64,000 nt of DNA from an uncultured bacterium. Its GTDB lineage: Bacteria > Babelota > Babeliae > Babelales > Vermiphilaceae. The position numbers and the translations under genes were made by a program. Location of the stretch: the NCBI GenBank assembly GCA_963695335.1, contig OY968764.1, positions 96,001 through 160,000 of the forward strand, given 5' to 3'. The notes beneath the pieces are model-generated. The model saw only the letters and a list, made by a program, of their open reading frames with translations. It made no database searches and was not told the DNA's origin. Shown here one piece after another: positions 1 to 12,867 of this stretch. The number at the start of each line of letters is the position of its first letter. Position 1 is the stretch's first letter.

Positions 1-2
1 CT

Positions 3-1007
3 GATCAAAACACTATCGATGCTTGGCATCGATACCTACAAGTAATAAAAAATGAAATGGATGTAATAAAACCCATACAATCAATGCAATCAATGGGTAC
101 CCCCCTGAGAGATCAAGGAATCTTCAAATTAAGCAACTCTCTTATCAGAGAACTGATAGAAATTACTGAAAAAACTACATCTGCCAAATCACCTGATTTC
201 TACTCACCGTTAAATAACTTAAAATTATTACAGAAATTAATATCCCAAGGAGTTGATATTACATTCAATAATGAAGATCTTACATGTTTGTTTAGTCAGA
301 ATTCAGATATATTCAAAAAAGCTATATATAATAATTTTTTCCTTTTTTTAACCTACGATAAAAGTACTTGCCAAGCTGCCGTGTATAATACATCTTTGGA
401 GAAACCAAAAGGATTCATAGCTGCCATATCACTCAATAATTCTTTGCTATGCATGATTGGTTCAAAACGTCTTACATTGAACATCTCACAGGAATTAGAA
501 AATTTTCTACACACATATCATAATGAACCTCAATCTAATACAGAAAACAAATATGAAAATATCTTACAATTAAACGCACCATTACTCGAACAACTTACAG
601 TAATCAATACAAAAAATGAATTTCATAAACCTTATTGTCACGCCCGAACAAAAAGATTAGCATTATTACAAGAATTGATGGCCCAAGGAACTGATATTGT
701 TTTTGAGAATGAAAGCTATGATTCCACATTTTGGATACATAAAGAAGAACCTGATATCTACCAAAACGCTTTATACGATACACTATTGTCTTTATTAAGT
801 TATAGACCAAAATACCAGACAATAGGTAATATACACTGTACTTTTTCTGAAACTCCAAGAAGCTTCATCTATACTTTATGGTGTAATCCTTCTTTCCTAC
901 ATATTGTTATCACAAAACAATTAGCATCCAAGACACAAAAAACATTACAACAATTCTTATCTTCATATACATTGAAACACAACTATGAACATAACACTCA
1001 TATATAA
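3..1007 (+). CDS. Hypothetical protein with a repeated ~120-aa module (5'-partial); paralog of the next two genes
   Basis: Frame is open from nt 3 (DQNTIDAWHRYLQVIKNEM matches DQNIIDAWHRYLQVIKNEM in 1018..2304); its second module matches 2325..2963. Confidence 0.8.
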   Translation, partial: DQNTIDAWHRYLQVIKNEMDVIKPIQSMQSMGTPLRDQGIFKLSNSLIRELIEITEKTTSAKSPDFYSPLNNLKLLQKLISQGVDITFNNEDLTCLFSQNSDIFKKAIYNNFFLFLTYDKSTCQAAVYNTSLEKPKGFIAAISLNNSLLCMIGSKRLTLNISQELENFLHTYHNEPQSNTENKYENILQLNAPLLEQLTVINTKNEFHKPYCHARTKRLALLQELMAQGTDIVFENESYDSTFWIHKEEPDIYQNALYDTLLSLLSYRPKYQTIGNIHCTFSETPRSFIYTLWCNPSFLHIVITKQLASKTQKTLQQFLSSYTLKHNYEHNTHI

Positions 1008-1017
1008 GAGCTATAAA

Positions 1018-2304
1018 ATGAATATATCAATCGTAGGATATACATTAATTTTACTTGTTTTCTCTTGTGCTCAATCCATGGAACCAGAAGTTTTGACATT
1101 AAATAGCCGCGTCATCAGGAAAATTATAAAAGTTAATACAGAAAAAAGATTTTATATACCTGGTTTTAGCAGACAAAGAGATAGAACAATATTATTGCAA
1201 CAGTTGGTAGACCAAGGTGCTCATATTACTTTTAGTAGTAAAGATACAGAGATTCCATCTTGGTTACATCAAGATATTGATACAACTCAAAAAACTCTCT
1301 ATAAATTTTTTTCATTTTTAAGATACAACAAAAATACCAATCAAATTGTCGCAAAATGCACCTGCTCTAAAGAACCAGAAAATTCCACTCACATTTTATG
1401 CCTTAACAATGATGCGTTATGGATTACTGCTAAAAAAAATATAAAAAATATGCAACACATTCTATCAGATCTATGCGACGGATATGCATATAATAATGAA
1501 ACAACACATATCGCCCAACTTGATCCTGATCAAAATATTATTGATGCTTGGCACCGATACCTACAAGTAATAAAAAATGAAATGGAATCAATAAAGCCTA
1601 TAAAACCACTCATATCTGGTACTGTCCTGCGAGATCAAGGAATTTTTAAATTAAGTCGAGGCCTCATTGAAAAACTCATAAAAATCACTAAAGAAACCAC
1701 ACATATCGAATCCACCCCTTCCAGCAGACAGTTAAAAACATTAAGATTATTAGAGAAATTGACAAAAGAAGACGTTGATATAACGTTTAATGACGAAGAT
1801 CTTATATGTTTAATTAATATGGAAACTTTCAATAAAGCTTTTTATAATTCATTTTTTCTTTTCTTAAACTATGATAACAGTACCTATCAAGCTGCCACAT
1901 ATAATACATCTTTGCAGAAACCAAGAGGATTCATGACTACCATAAGCCTCAACAATTCTCTATTGTATATGGTTGGTTCAAAAGGTCTTCCATCCAAAAT
2001 CGAAAAAAGATTAACAAATTTTCTAGACAAATATCGCAATGCTAAAACAGAAAAAATAGCTCAAACTCCTGACATACTCAAAACTGAAGGACAATCAACA
2101 CAATCAATTGTCGAGACTCAAGAAAAACCCCAAACGGAAATACAAGATAATGAAACAAAAAATCCCACCATTGAAGGTGAGATTATAGAACTCAATGATT
2201 TTCAACTGGCCTGCATTGTTTTACACCATAAAGAAAACAATATTCTACAAAAATTAAGCGCTCTTGCAGAGTTGCATAGATTTGCCCAAAAATTAAAACT
2301 ATAA
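1018..2304 (+). CDS. Putative secreted protein with two copies of the same module
   Basis: Signal-like N-terminus MNISIVGYTLILLVFSCAQS-MEPE; alternative start at 985. Confidence 0.8.
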   Translation: MNISIVGYTLILLVFSCAQSMEPEVLTLNSRVIRKIIKVNTEKRFYIPGFSRQRDRTILLQQLVDQGAHITFSSKDTEIPSWLHQDIDTTQKTLYKFFSFLRYNKNTNQIVAKCTCSKEPENSTHILCLNNDALWITAKKNIKNMQHILSDLCDGYAYNNETTHIAQLDPDQNIIDAWHRYLQVIKNEMESIKPIKPLISGTVLRDQGIFKLSRGLIEKLIKITKETTHIESTPSSRQLKTLRLLEKLTKEDVDITFNDEDLICLINMETFNKAFYNSFFLFLNYDNSTYQAATYNTSLQKPRGFMTTISLNNSLLYMVGSKGLPSKIEKRLTNFLDKYRNAKTEKIAQTPDILKTEGQSTQSIVETQEKPQTEIQDNETKNPTIEGEIIELNDFQLACIVLHHKENNILQKLSALAELHRFAQKLKL

Positions 2305-2324
2305 TTTAAAGTCGAAGAATAGAC

Positions 2325-2963
2325 ATGAATATACAAACAACAATACATATATTTACTTTATTTTCCTTCTTTTCTATGCAAGGTATGGAATTAACTAAGC
2401 TAAATAACAGATCGCTCTATCCAAAAACCATACATTTAGACGCATCTCTCATCGAAACACTGATAACAATTAATGCAAAAAATGAGTTCCATAGACCTTT
2501 TGTTAATACACGAGAAAAAAGATTACGATTATTACAAGAACTGATACATGAAAACGTTCACGTTACTTTTGAAAACAATGATCCAGGATGTAGATTGTGG
2601 ATCAGCAGACAAGAACCAGATATATACTTAGATGTTTTCTATGATACGATTTTTTCTTTTTTTTCTCAAAAAAAATTTAAAACACAGCGTGCTTTTTCCA
2701 AAAAACCAAAAACGTACGTTCATACTTTATGGAGTAATAATTCTTTTTTATACATAATTCTCACAAAACCTGTAACATTTGAAGCTGAATATGCATTAGA
2801 ACAGCTTTTATGTGATTACAGAAAAAACAACCAAAAAAAAACTATCTCTTATCAAGAGATTTCTGATGATGAAGATGATAAAAATGATCTTCTTACAACA
2901 TTACCAGAAACTGTACAGGAATTATTAACAGACATGCTTTCTTTTAAAGCCGATCGTATTTAG
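2325..2963 (+). CDS. Putative secreted protein, single-module paralog with acidic tail
   Basis: Signal-like N-terminus ending SMQG-MEL; INAKNEFHRP..KRLRLLQEL matches INTKNEFHKP..KRLALLQEL of ORF 3..1007. Confidence 0.8.
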   Translation: MNIQTTIHIFTLFSFFSMQGMELTKLNNRSLYPKTIHLDASLIETLITINAKNEFHRPFVNTREKRLRLLQELIHENVHVTFENNDPGCRLWISRQEPDIYLDVFYDTIFSFFSQKKFKTQRAFSKKPKTYVHTLWSNNSFLYIILTKPVTFEAEYALEQLLCDYRKNNQKKTISYQEISDDEDDKNDLLTTLPETVQELLTDMLSFKADRI

Positions 2964-3303
2964 TCCATTTACCTTTACATTTTTCAATCGGATATTTGCG
3001 TGCAGCTTCAATCCGTTTATGCGCAATTGCTTTACTTAAATCAATATTATGCCGCACACAAAAAGCTAATAATACAACGGCAACATCTGCAATTTCATCT
3101 TCCACATCTTGGCGACGATTTTCTAACTCTTGATATGATGCAGCATTATCACACCATAAAAAAAGATCCATTACTTCTGCTGCTTCTGACGCGATTGACA
3201 TGCTTAAATTTTTTGGACTGTGAAACTGTTGCCATTCACGATCTTCTACAAATTTTTTAACATCATTTTTTAATGATTCTATTGTTGTTGTTGCATCTGC
3301 CAT
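2944..3303 (-). CDS. MazG-like nucleotide pyrophosphohydrolase (dCTP pyrophosphatase type)
   Basis: FVEDREWQQFHSPKNLSMSIASEAAEV..EIADV..KYP motifs. Confidence 0.9.
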   Translation of the reverse strand: MADATTTIESLKNDVKKFVEDREWQQFHSPKNLSMSIASEAAEVMDLFLWCDNAASYQELENRRQDVEDEIADVAVVLLAFCVRHNIDLSKAIAHKRIEAARKYPIEKCKGKWTKYDRL

Positions 3304-3305
3304 AT

Positions 3306-3701
3306 TTATTCCTTTGCAATTATCATTGATGCTGCTTGAATCATCTGAGCAAGTTCTCTAGAAAATATCTCAAAAATGTCTACAATAGCTGTGAGATTTT
3401 CTTGTTCATATGTATGCGCTGTCAGATTTCTTTTTACCTGAAAATCAAACCATACTTCAGGGTCAGCAATCATTTTTATGAGCGCTGCTTGTCTAAATAT
3501 ATCTTTTGGCGATGTTGCTTCTAAACCCTGAGATGTCAAGATAGCCTTCATTACTCTTAATGCCAATTCATAACAAACTTTGAATGCTAAAACTGCTCCC
3601 ATCTGATCTCTATCATCTTGCATACCAGAACGAAAACGTTCAAACATTGCTTGCGCTTTAATAAGTTTGCTCAATTCTATTGCTGCTGTTCCATCCGCCA
3701 T
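3306..3701 (-). CDS. HI0074-family HEPN / nucleotidyltransferase substrate-binding protein
   Basis: CYELA..SPKDIFRQA..W..RNLTAHTY (RxxxxH motif). Confidence 0.85.
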   Translation of the reverse strand: MADGTAAIELSKLIKAQAMFERFRSGMQDDRDQMGAVLAFKVCYELALRVMKAILTSQGLEATSPKDIFRQAALIKMIADPEVWFDFQVKRNLTAHTYEQENLTAIVDIFEIFSRELAQMIQAASMIIAKE

Positions 3702-3736
3702 GTGCTATTCCTAACAATTGAAAATTATGTATTATA

Positions 3737-4351
3737 TTATAAAGCATCGACTACGAATTGACTCCAACTCTCCATACTCTCTTTTTGTATTTTGCAGTCA
3801 TGCAAAGAAACAAGCTCACCACATTTTAACTCTGATTTAACGCTAATTTCAGGTGAATCACCAATCAATAAAAATGCAAACCCAATATGCACTTTGCCAA
3901 CATCATTAGAATCATCATTAATAATTCCAAGCGGTTTTACTTTTAAATTACCTGCATAATGCACTTCTTCATGGAATTCACGCATTGCCCATGCAATCAA
4001 TGAATCCTCTTTTAAATCTTCCTCACGAATATGACCGCCTATACCAAGTGTTAGTTTATTACGCAAACGAGTTTCTGATGCATCTGATTTTCTTTGCATC
4101 AAAAAATATTTATTATCATGGGTAAAAATAAGATAGGGAATAATCTGTTTGTATGTTGGATTTATTTCCATCAATGAGCGTGGATGGAATTCTTTACGGT
4201 GATTTATGATATGCATGTAATGATCAAAATCAACTTTTTTTAATCCATGCCATGCTTCTTGAGTGGTAAAAAAATGTGCATGACGAACTACTAAAATATG
4301 TTCATCATGCAATAATTTATTTTGCGTATTTGACGTAACTATTTGTGACAT
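3737..4351 (-). CDS. NUDIX-family hydrolase (predicted phosphoesterase)
   Basis: YKQIIPY, LGIGGHI, REFHEEV Nudix box, VGKVHIG, ESWS. Confidence 0.88.
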   Translation of the reverse strand: MSQIVTSNTQNKLLHDEHILVVRHAHFFTTQEAWHGLKKVDFDHYMHIINHRKEFHPRSLMEINPTYKQIIPYLIFTHDNKYFLMQRKSDASETRLRNKLTLGIGGHIREEDLKEDSLIAWAMREFHEEVHYAGNLKVKPLGIINDDSNDVGKVHIGFAFLLIGDSPEISVKSELKCGELVSLHDCKIQKESMESWSQFVVDAL

Positions 4352-4406
4352 TGTTTTCCTTTAATTATACATTTCAGTATACGAGTTTATCCAAAAATTT
4401 CACCCC

Positions 4407-4556
4407 CCGTTCGTCCTGAGTGTTTTTTTGTCTTCAAAAAAATGTATCGAAAGATGCGGAATAATAAGAATGTTAAATTTAAAAAAATCTTTCTTATATC
4501 GCACCCTTCGATACATTTTACTACGTTTCACTACGTAAAACACTCAGGGCGAACCG
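4407..4556. repeat. REPIN-like doublet of palindromic repeats (family A')
   Basis: Two inverted units GTCCTGAGTGTTTT..ATGTATCGAA / TTCGATACAT..AAAACACTCAGGGCGA; near-copy including the spacer at 35962-36110. Confidence 0.9.
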
Positions 4557-4662
4557 TGTGAGATAATTAATTTTTTAATTTTCGGATATTAAGTAGCAAG
4601 ATTAGCAAATCATATGATATGACTAAAAAACAATCACTAAAAAAATAAAAAGGAGCCTCGTT

Positions 4663-5055
4663 ATGATGATGATCAATGAAAATAGGTTTAACCAGATATG
4701 GACCATTGCACGTTATATCTACGGCCTTGTTCCCATACTCATTGGCGCTGATAAATTCACTTTTTACATTGTTAACTGGAATATCTATGTCAGCCCATTT
4801 GTAGCATCATATTTTCCCATCATGTATTTTGTTCCTGCTATAGGCATCATAGAAATTGTTGCCGGACTGCTTATTTTGACTAAATTCCCACGTTTTGGTG
4901 CATACCTTGTTGCCGCTTGGATTGGACTCGTGATCATCAATTTATTCATGATCGGTGATATGTACGATATTATCCTGCGCGATGTGGCCATTGCCTTTGG
5001 GTACATCATGTTTGCATGGCTGACTGAACTGAAAGAAACCGCTCGTCAGCAATAA
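4663..5055 (+). CDS. DoxX-like membrane protein
   Basis: GADKF..W..Y, GIIEIVAG, YDIILRD; about four hydrophobic helices; AGGAG RBS. Confidence 0.75.
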   Translation: MMMINENRFNQIWTIARYIYGLVPILIGADKFTFYIVNWNIYVSPFVASYFPIMYFVPAIGIIEIVAGLLILTKFPRFGAYLVAAWIGLVIINLFMIGDMYDIILRDVAIAFGYIMFAWLTELKETARQQ

Positions 5056-5064
5056 AACCTTTAG

Positions 5065-5092
5065 AATCCTCGATTAATTTCGAGGATTTTTT
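5065..5092 (+). terminator. Intrinsic terminator
   Basis: AATCCTCGA-ttaatt-TCGAGGATT followed by a T run. Confidence 0.6.
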
Positions 5093-5133
5093 ATACAATT
5101 GACTTTGTGTTGCTTTTAAGCTACTGTCATAAT

Positions 5134-5460
5134 ATGAGTCTTTTAAAACTTATCACTTACACAACCAGTACCGGAAAACAGCCTTTCACCGAATGGATCA
5201 ATGATCTTGACACCAAAGAACAATCGATTGTTCTTGCTCGATTAACTCGTATACAACTTGGAAATTTTGGCGACTGTAAACTAATTAAAGACGGTGAAGG
5301 AATTTTAGAACTCCGAATAGATTATGGACCAGGTTATCGTGTTTATTTCGGAAAAAAAGGAATGACAATCATCGTGCTATTAATTGGTGGGGATAAAGGA
5401 AGCCAAAATAAAGACATAGCTAAAGCAAAACAATACTGGCATACATTTAAGGAATCATAA
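5134..5460 (+). CDS. Type II TA toxin, RelE/HigB family (addiction module killer)
   Basis: PFTEW..GNFGDCK..ELRIDYGPGYRVYF..GGDKGSQNKDI. Confidence 0.92.
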   Translation: MSLLKLITYTTSTGKQPFTEWINDLDTKEQSIVLARLTRIQLGNFGDCKLIKDGEGILELRIDYGPGYRVYFGKKGMTIIVLLIGGDKGSQNKDIAKAKQYWHTFKES

Positions 5461-5461
5461 T

Positions 5462-5764
5462 ATGAAAAAAAAACATAAAGACTTTCAAGAATATTTATTA
5501 CAAGCATTACAAGATCCAAAAACAGCCCTTGCATATCTCAATGAAGCATTACTTGATGAAGATCAACAAGTTTTTTTATTAGCACTAAAAAATGTCCTTG
5601 AAGCCCAAGGCGGTGACATGTCTGCTTTAGCTCGCGAAGCGCAACTTAATCGGGAAAATCTTTATCGAATGCTTTCCACTAAAGGCAACCCTAAAATAAC
5701 AAGTCTACGATCAGTCTTACATGTTCTAGGTATGGAACTTGCAATACAACCGTACAAGAAATAA
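5462..5764 (+). CDS. Addiction module antidote protein (HTH antitoxin)
   Basis: AYLNEAL..LAREAQLNRENLYRMLSTKGNP; starts 1 nt after the toxin stop. Confidence 0.92.
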   Translation: MKKKHKDFQEYLLQALQDPKTALAYLNEALLDEDQQVFLLALKNVLEAQGGDMSALAREAQLNRENLYRMLSTKGNPKITSLRSVLHVLGMELAIQPYKK

Positions 5765-5848
5765 TACCTCTCATCCTTACTTTTTTACCAAAAACCTCTA
5801 AAATTGTTATATATAACGATTTTTTCACAAGATCAAGAAAGATATAAC

Positions 5849-8303
<2,455 letters not shown>

Positions 8304-8383
8304 AAAAATCCCCCTACTTCGCCCAAGGCTTGCAAGGGCTGGTCGGGGGATCAATTTTTCACATCAAACTCAATATAAACACC

Positions 8384-9415
8384 ATGAACAAAAAAATAAT
8401 CACACTCTTTCTCGTCATCATTGCCGCTGCATCACATGGCATGGAAAAAATATCTGATGATAATGAAACTTCAGAAATATTGGCGCATGTACACAAACAT
8501 CTTCCCTCTACCAAAATTACTGATTATGAACAATTACAAAATATTATTAATAAGATTGGGGAAGATATTGTCTTATTCAGCAAAAATCACTCTTTTGATG
8601 AAAAAACAGCCCAGAAAATAACCCGTTGCATTGCACATCATGGAATAGATAATGAAACTTATATATCTCATTATTTGGGCCAATACAACAATCATTTCAT
8701 AACAATACGCGATAAAATAAAAAATTTACATATAATAGCGGTCAGACCCTATCAACAATTCAATAAAGAAGATCTCAGTGATGATTGGTATGTAAATGCA
8801 ACGCAGGGCGCAGAATCTAATACCTCACTATACTTGGCATACTTTATATTCCAACCACAAAAAATAGAAATCCTCCTTAATGCCAAAGCAAACGCCAGAC
8901 ATCATAGAAACAATAACATCTTAAACAGCATAGCTCGCAGCAGATCTAAACATCCTTCACCTCAAACTTCTCCTTCATATATACAACAGACAAGGTATTT
9001 AATTGCACAACTCTTATTAGAACATGGAGCTGATCCTGATTTTCGTCTCAATAATGATCCCACGCCATTAATGATCGCTGTTTGTGGAAATGATAAAGCT
9101 TATGCACATTTATTATTGTGGCATAAGGCAGATCTGTACAAAACAGGAATTTGGCTTGATAATTCTCTTAAAAACAGCTTTGAGATAGAAAAAGCATCTC
9201 ATGAATGCTGTGAAAAAAATGCTTTTGAAATGGAACCAACGGGCTGGCTACAGCACATGGTTAATGAAAGAAAAAATATACTTTCTAACTGCTTATTATT
9301 CACATGCTATGGTAATCAAGAAGAATGTATATTCCCCAAAGAACTCATACAATTAATCACATGCACTACATGGAATATCGGTAAAACATATAATAGATCT
9401 CTTTCGATTCTCTGA
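8384..9415 (+). CDS. Secreted ankyrin-repeat protein; C-terminal residues supplied by the IS5 end
   Basis: Signal peptide ASHG-MEK; LLLEHGADPD..TPLMIAV ankyrin consensus; paralog of 10319..11296. Confidence 0.85.
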   Translation: MNKKIITLFLVIIAAASHGMEKISDDNETSEILAHVHKHLPSTKITDYEQLQNIINKIGEDIVLFSKNHSFDEKTAQKITRCIAHHGIDNETYISHYLGQYNNHFITIRDKIKNLHIIAVRPYQQFNKEDLSDDWYVNATQGAESNTSLYLAYFIFQPQKIEILLNAKANARHHRNNNILNSIARSRSKHPSPQTSPSYIQQTRYLIAQLLLEHGADPDFRLNNDPTPLMIAVCGNDKAYAHLLLWHKADLYKTGIWLDNSLKNSFEIEKASHECCEKNAFEMEPTGWLQHMVNERKNILSNCLLFTCYGNQEECIFPKELIQLITCTTWNIGKTYNRSLSIL

Positions 9416-10298
9416 AAAATAGATATATTTAATGGCTAAACTAAAAAAGGGAGGCCATGAAAATAGATCATTTAAAAAAGTTATCTGATGAACAATTTCG
9501 CCGGGTAGTAGGTGTAAAGAGAAACACCTTTGTTTTAATGTCTTATACTTTACATAATGCGCATATAATTAAAAAAGCGAAAGGTGGTCGTCCGAATAAA
9601 TTAAGTTTAGATACCATGCTTTTAATGGCATTGGAGTATCTAAGAGAGTATCGAACTTATGCTGCTATTGGAGCTAGTTATGGGTTAAGTGAAAGTAATG
9701 CATATCAATCAATTCGATGGGTTGAAAATGTACTGATTCAATGTAATGAATTTAAATTGCCTGGCAAAAAAGCTCTTACCAAAAGCGATAATGAATTTGA
9801 AGTAATTTTAATCGATGTAGCTGAAAGTCCAATTGAACGCCCTAAAAAAAACAACGGCAATTTTATTCTGGAAAAAAGAAAAGACATACTGTAAAAACTC
9901 AAGTGATTGTTGATAAAGATACAGCAGCTATTATTTGTACTAGTTTTACAAATGGAAGAAAACATGACTTTCGTCTTTTCAAAGACTCAGGCGTTCATAT
10001 AAATCCTGCGATTAACGCATTAACTGATACTGGTTATTTAGGATTACAAAAAATTCATTTGAACACTTCTATGCCAAAAAAGAAAAGCAAAAAGCACCCT
10101 TTAACAAAGGCTGATAAAATTAAAAATCAGGAAATATCAAAAGAACGTGTTTTGAATGAAAATGTTATAGGTAAAATTAAACGTTTCAAAATTGTCGCTG
10201 ATCGATATCGCAACAGGAGAAAGCGATTTGGTTTACGTTTCAATTTGATAGCAGGAATATATAATTTTGAGTTAAAAAATTAGTTTCGAAAGAGGTCT
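9395..10298 (+). mobile_element. IS5-family insertion sequence (ISL2-like group)
   Basis: TIRs AGATCTCTTTCGA (9395) / TCGAAAGAGGTCT (10298); 3-bp target duplication AAT at 9392-9394 and 10299-10301. Confidence 0.9.
9457..10283 (+). CDS. IS5-family transposase, two ORFs joined by a probable programmed -1 frameshift
   Basis: FRRVVGVK, LEYLREYRT, ERPKK; A8C run at 9844-9852; continuation YSGKKKRHT, HDFRLF, DTGYLG, ENVIGKIKRF. Confidence 0.88.
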
Positions 10299-10318
10299 AA
10301 TGAAAAAGAAAAAACTTC

Positions 10319-11296
10319 ATGAATAAACAAATAATTTTTATCGTGCTGATTATCACCAGCACAGTATCACATGGTATGAAAAGACCTGCAAGCATTATTC
10401 AAAATAATAATGCAGCTCAGAGTGTAGGAATACTTTTGCAAGACGATCTTTTACCACAATTAACTGCTAATATGTGCAGCAATCACAACTACCAACCAAA
10501 AATAATAAAGAATGCTATTAAAATTTTCTCACTCACAAGCAAATATTTTCATGACTACTACGCACAAGAAAAAGTAAAACAAGAGATCATCGATCTCTGT
10601 TTACCTCATCATAATTCCAATTCCAAAGATATTGCACACAATTTGGGATGCCATGCAATACATGCAAAAATAGAACGTTTCACAAAAATTGCTCGCAAAA
10701 AAGACAAAGAATTCAGTGCAAATGATCTTAAAGACCCTTGGTATCTTGCTGTAACTACAACATATAAGCTTGATTATAATATCTATCAAGAACCGCTGAA
10801 CCAATCATTATTGTATGTAGCAATTGATCATTGGCAGCTGCAAAAAGCAATTACTATATTAGAAAAAACAAAAAACTTACATTTTAATTATGGTGATGCA
10901 CAAAACCCTTTACTTAAAATTGCGCAACATCGTCGTCACTACGTAAATGGTATTATAGCTTCTGTATCACCTCAAACGCAGGACCTCCAACAACTACTCA
11001 TTATTGCAGAAAAATTACTACAAAAAGGAATTCTCCCCGATAGCCGCAATACCATGAGACAATACACTTCTTTACTTTACTCAGTTGAACGTGATGATAA
11101 AGAATTTGTTCGATTATTATTAAAATATCATGCCGATCCTTCTCTAACACGCTATGATGCTTGGAAAAAAAAGATGGTAAATGCTTTTGATCTTGAACCT
11201 GAAGAAGGTTGGCTGCAGGCTATAATTGATGAAGTTAATGCAAACAAACAACTTAAAACAACTCATTCACCAGTTGATCAATCTGGGCAGAAGTAA
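10319..11296 (+). CDS. Secreted ankyrin-repeat protein
   Basis: Signal peptide VSHG-MKR; FVRLLLKYHADP; shares DL.D.WY and NAF.EP.GWLQ with 8384..9415. Confidence 0.85.
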   Translation: MNKQIIFIVLIITSTVSHGMKRPASIIQNNNAAQSVGILLQDDLLPQLTANMCSNHNYQPKIIKNAIKIFSLTSKYFHDYYAQEKVKQEIIDLCLPHHNSNSKDIAHNLGCHAIHAKIERFTKIARKKDKEFSANDLKDPWYLAVTTTYKLDYNIYQEPLNQSLLYVAIDHWQLQKAITILEKTKNLHFNYGDAQNPLLKIAQHRRHYVNGIIASVSPQTQDLQQLLIIAEKLLQKGILPDSRNTMRQYTSLLYSVERDDKEFVRLLLKYHADPSLTRYDAWKKKMVNAFDLEPEEGWLQAIIDEVNANKQLKTTHSPVDQSGQK

Positions 11297-12858
11297 CCGT
11301 ATCACCCATATCACGATAGAATTTTTCATCATATTCACGCGTTTGAACAACCACAGGCATTGTAATTGCATGACCAAGCAACAATGCCTGTTTTTTTGTA
11401 TCTAAAGATGCAAGAATTGATCGCAATGCCGTTGCGCCATTTACCCCAGTCAGCACCGCTTGAATATCTTTTTCATCATTTAATTGTGCAACAATTTTGG
11501 TACCAATCTGTGAAATAATTTCTTGATCAATACCAGAAGGCCGCTGATCAACAACAAGCAATGAAACATAATATTTACGCATTTCACGTGCAATTACCCC
11601 AAAAATAGTTTGCCGTGCTGCTTGTGGGTTCAAAAATTTATGCGCTTCTTCAATGGTGATTAACAATTTTTTTGGTTCATCTTCTTTGCGCTGAGATCCC
11701 AAGAATTTTTCTGTTTTTGCAACGTACTGGGAATGGATACGTCGAGAGATAATATTAGCGATTAATAAATAGACAAAGGTAGAAGTGTAATTACCAAATT
11801 CAACAATGATGTTAATTCCTTTATCAATAAATTCCATCATCTGATCAATCACTGTCTACATGCGCACCTTTATGCAGTGGCTTAAAAAATGGTAACCGTT
11901 CAATACGTTTTAATTTTCTGTATAATGCAGCAATTGATTCTGGATGCGCACCAATTGATTGTGCAAACTCTTTTAAATTTTCACCCTGATTGAGTAAAAC
12001 ATATAACCAATCTTGTTTGTATTGTGCAACAATCAAATACGCCGCTTCTATAGCAGTTGCATGCAAATTAAGTTCATCTTGCAGAGAAAGGATATCTTCC
12101 ACTTGAATTGAACTGTATGATAGTACAATTTCAACATCAGGACTGCCGCCACGTCTGCGCGTGGATTCTGGATCTAATGAAAATATTGCAACACGATCAG
12201 GGAACAATGTCTTAAGACCTTTTACAAATGATTGATGCTCTGACTCTTTGCGTGCTTGCAAACCATATTCACTATGCATATCAAAAATAAGGTTAATCGC
12301 TTTATCATTTTTAATAAGACCTGCAAGAACTAAGCGTGTGATAAATGTTTTACCCGTTCCAGTTTTGCCAAAAATACCATTGCTGCGCTCAGTTAGTTTT
12401 TCAAGATTGATGCACACTGGTGTATCCATATCAAGTGGGCAACCAATGCTAAAAAACTTTTTACTCGTGTGCGTTTCATCCCCAAAAATCAGTGCTACAT
12501 CTTTTTTGTCTGCTTCATGAACTGTGGCAAAATGTGATGGAATTGTTTTGACTGGCGATGGCGTATTATCTTTAGTTAGCATGAGCATTGGTTTTAACAC
12601 GGCCGTTGCATACATATCACGCTGCTTTAATAAAGAATTTAATAGCTTTTCTTCTGGAGTTGGTGGAAACAGTAAAATATCAGGATGAGTTACTTCTAAA
12701 CTTAAATCAGTTATTAAAGAAAAAAAGGTATGCTGTTTACCAAGAATGGAAACAAACTTACCTGTTTTAATCTCTTCGAGTGGCGTTTCTGGAGAAATCC
12801 GGATCACTAAGCCTTCTGTCAGTGATCCGGAAATTATATGGCCGATCGTTTTTTTCAT
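11253..12858 (-). CDS. HerA/FtsK-like ATPase (DUF87 type), one frameshift near 11850
   Basis: GKTGTGKT Walker A, DMHSEY, IEEAH Walker B, REMRK, DQRPS; a single extra base joins the two ORFs. Confidence 0.85.
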
Positions 12859-12867
12859 TACAACTCC

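Noticed and set aside
8308..8351. GC-rich hairpin after leuS as an ncRNA
   Set aside because: Short; better explained as a degenerate family-B palindrome or terminator.
11840..11860. Split herA as two genes or a programmed frameshift
   Set aside because: A single extra base with no slippery run; Walker A and B lie in different fragments; probably a sequencing error.
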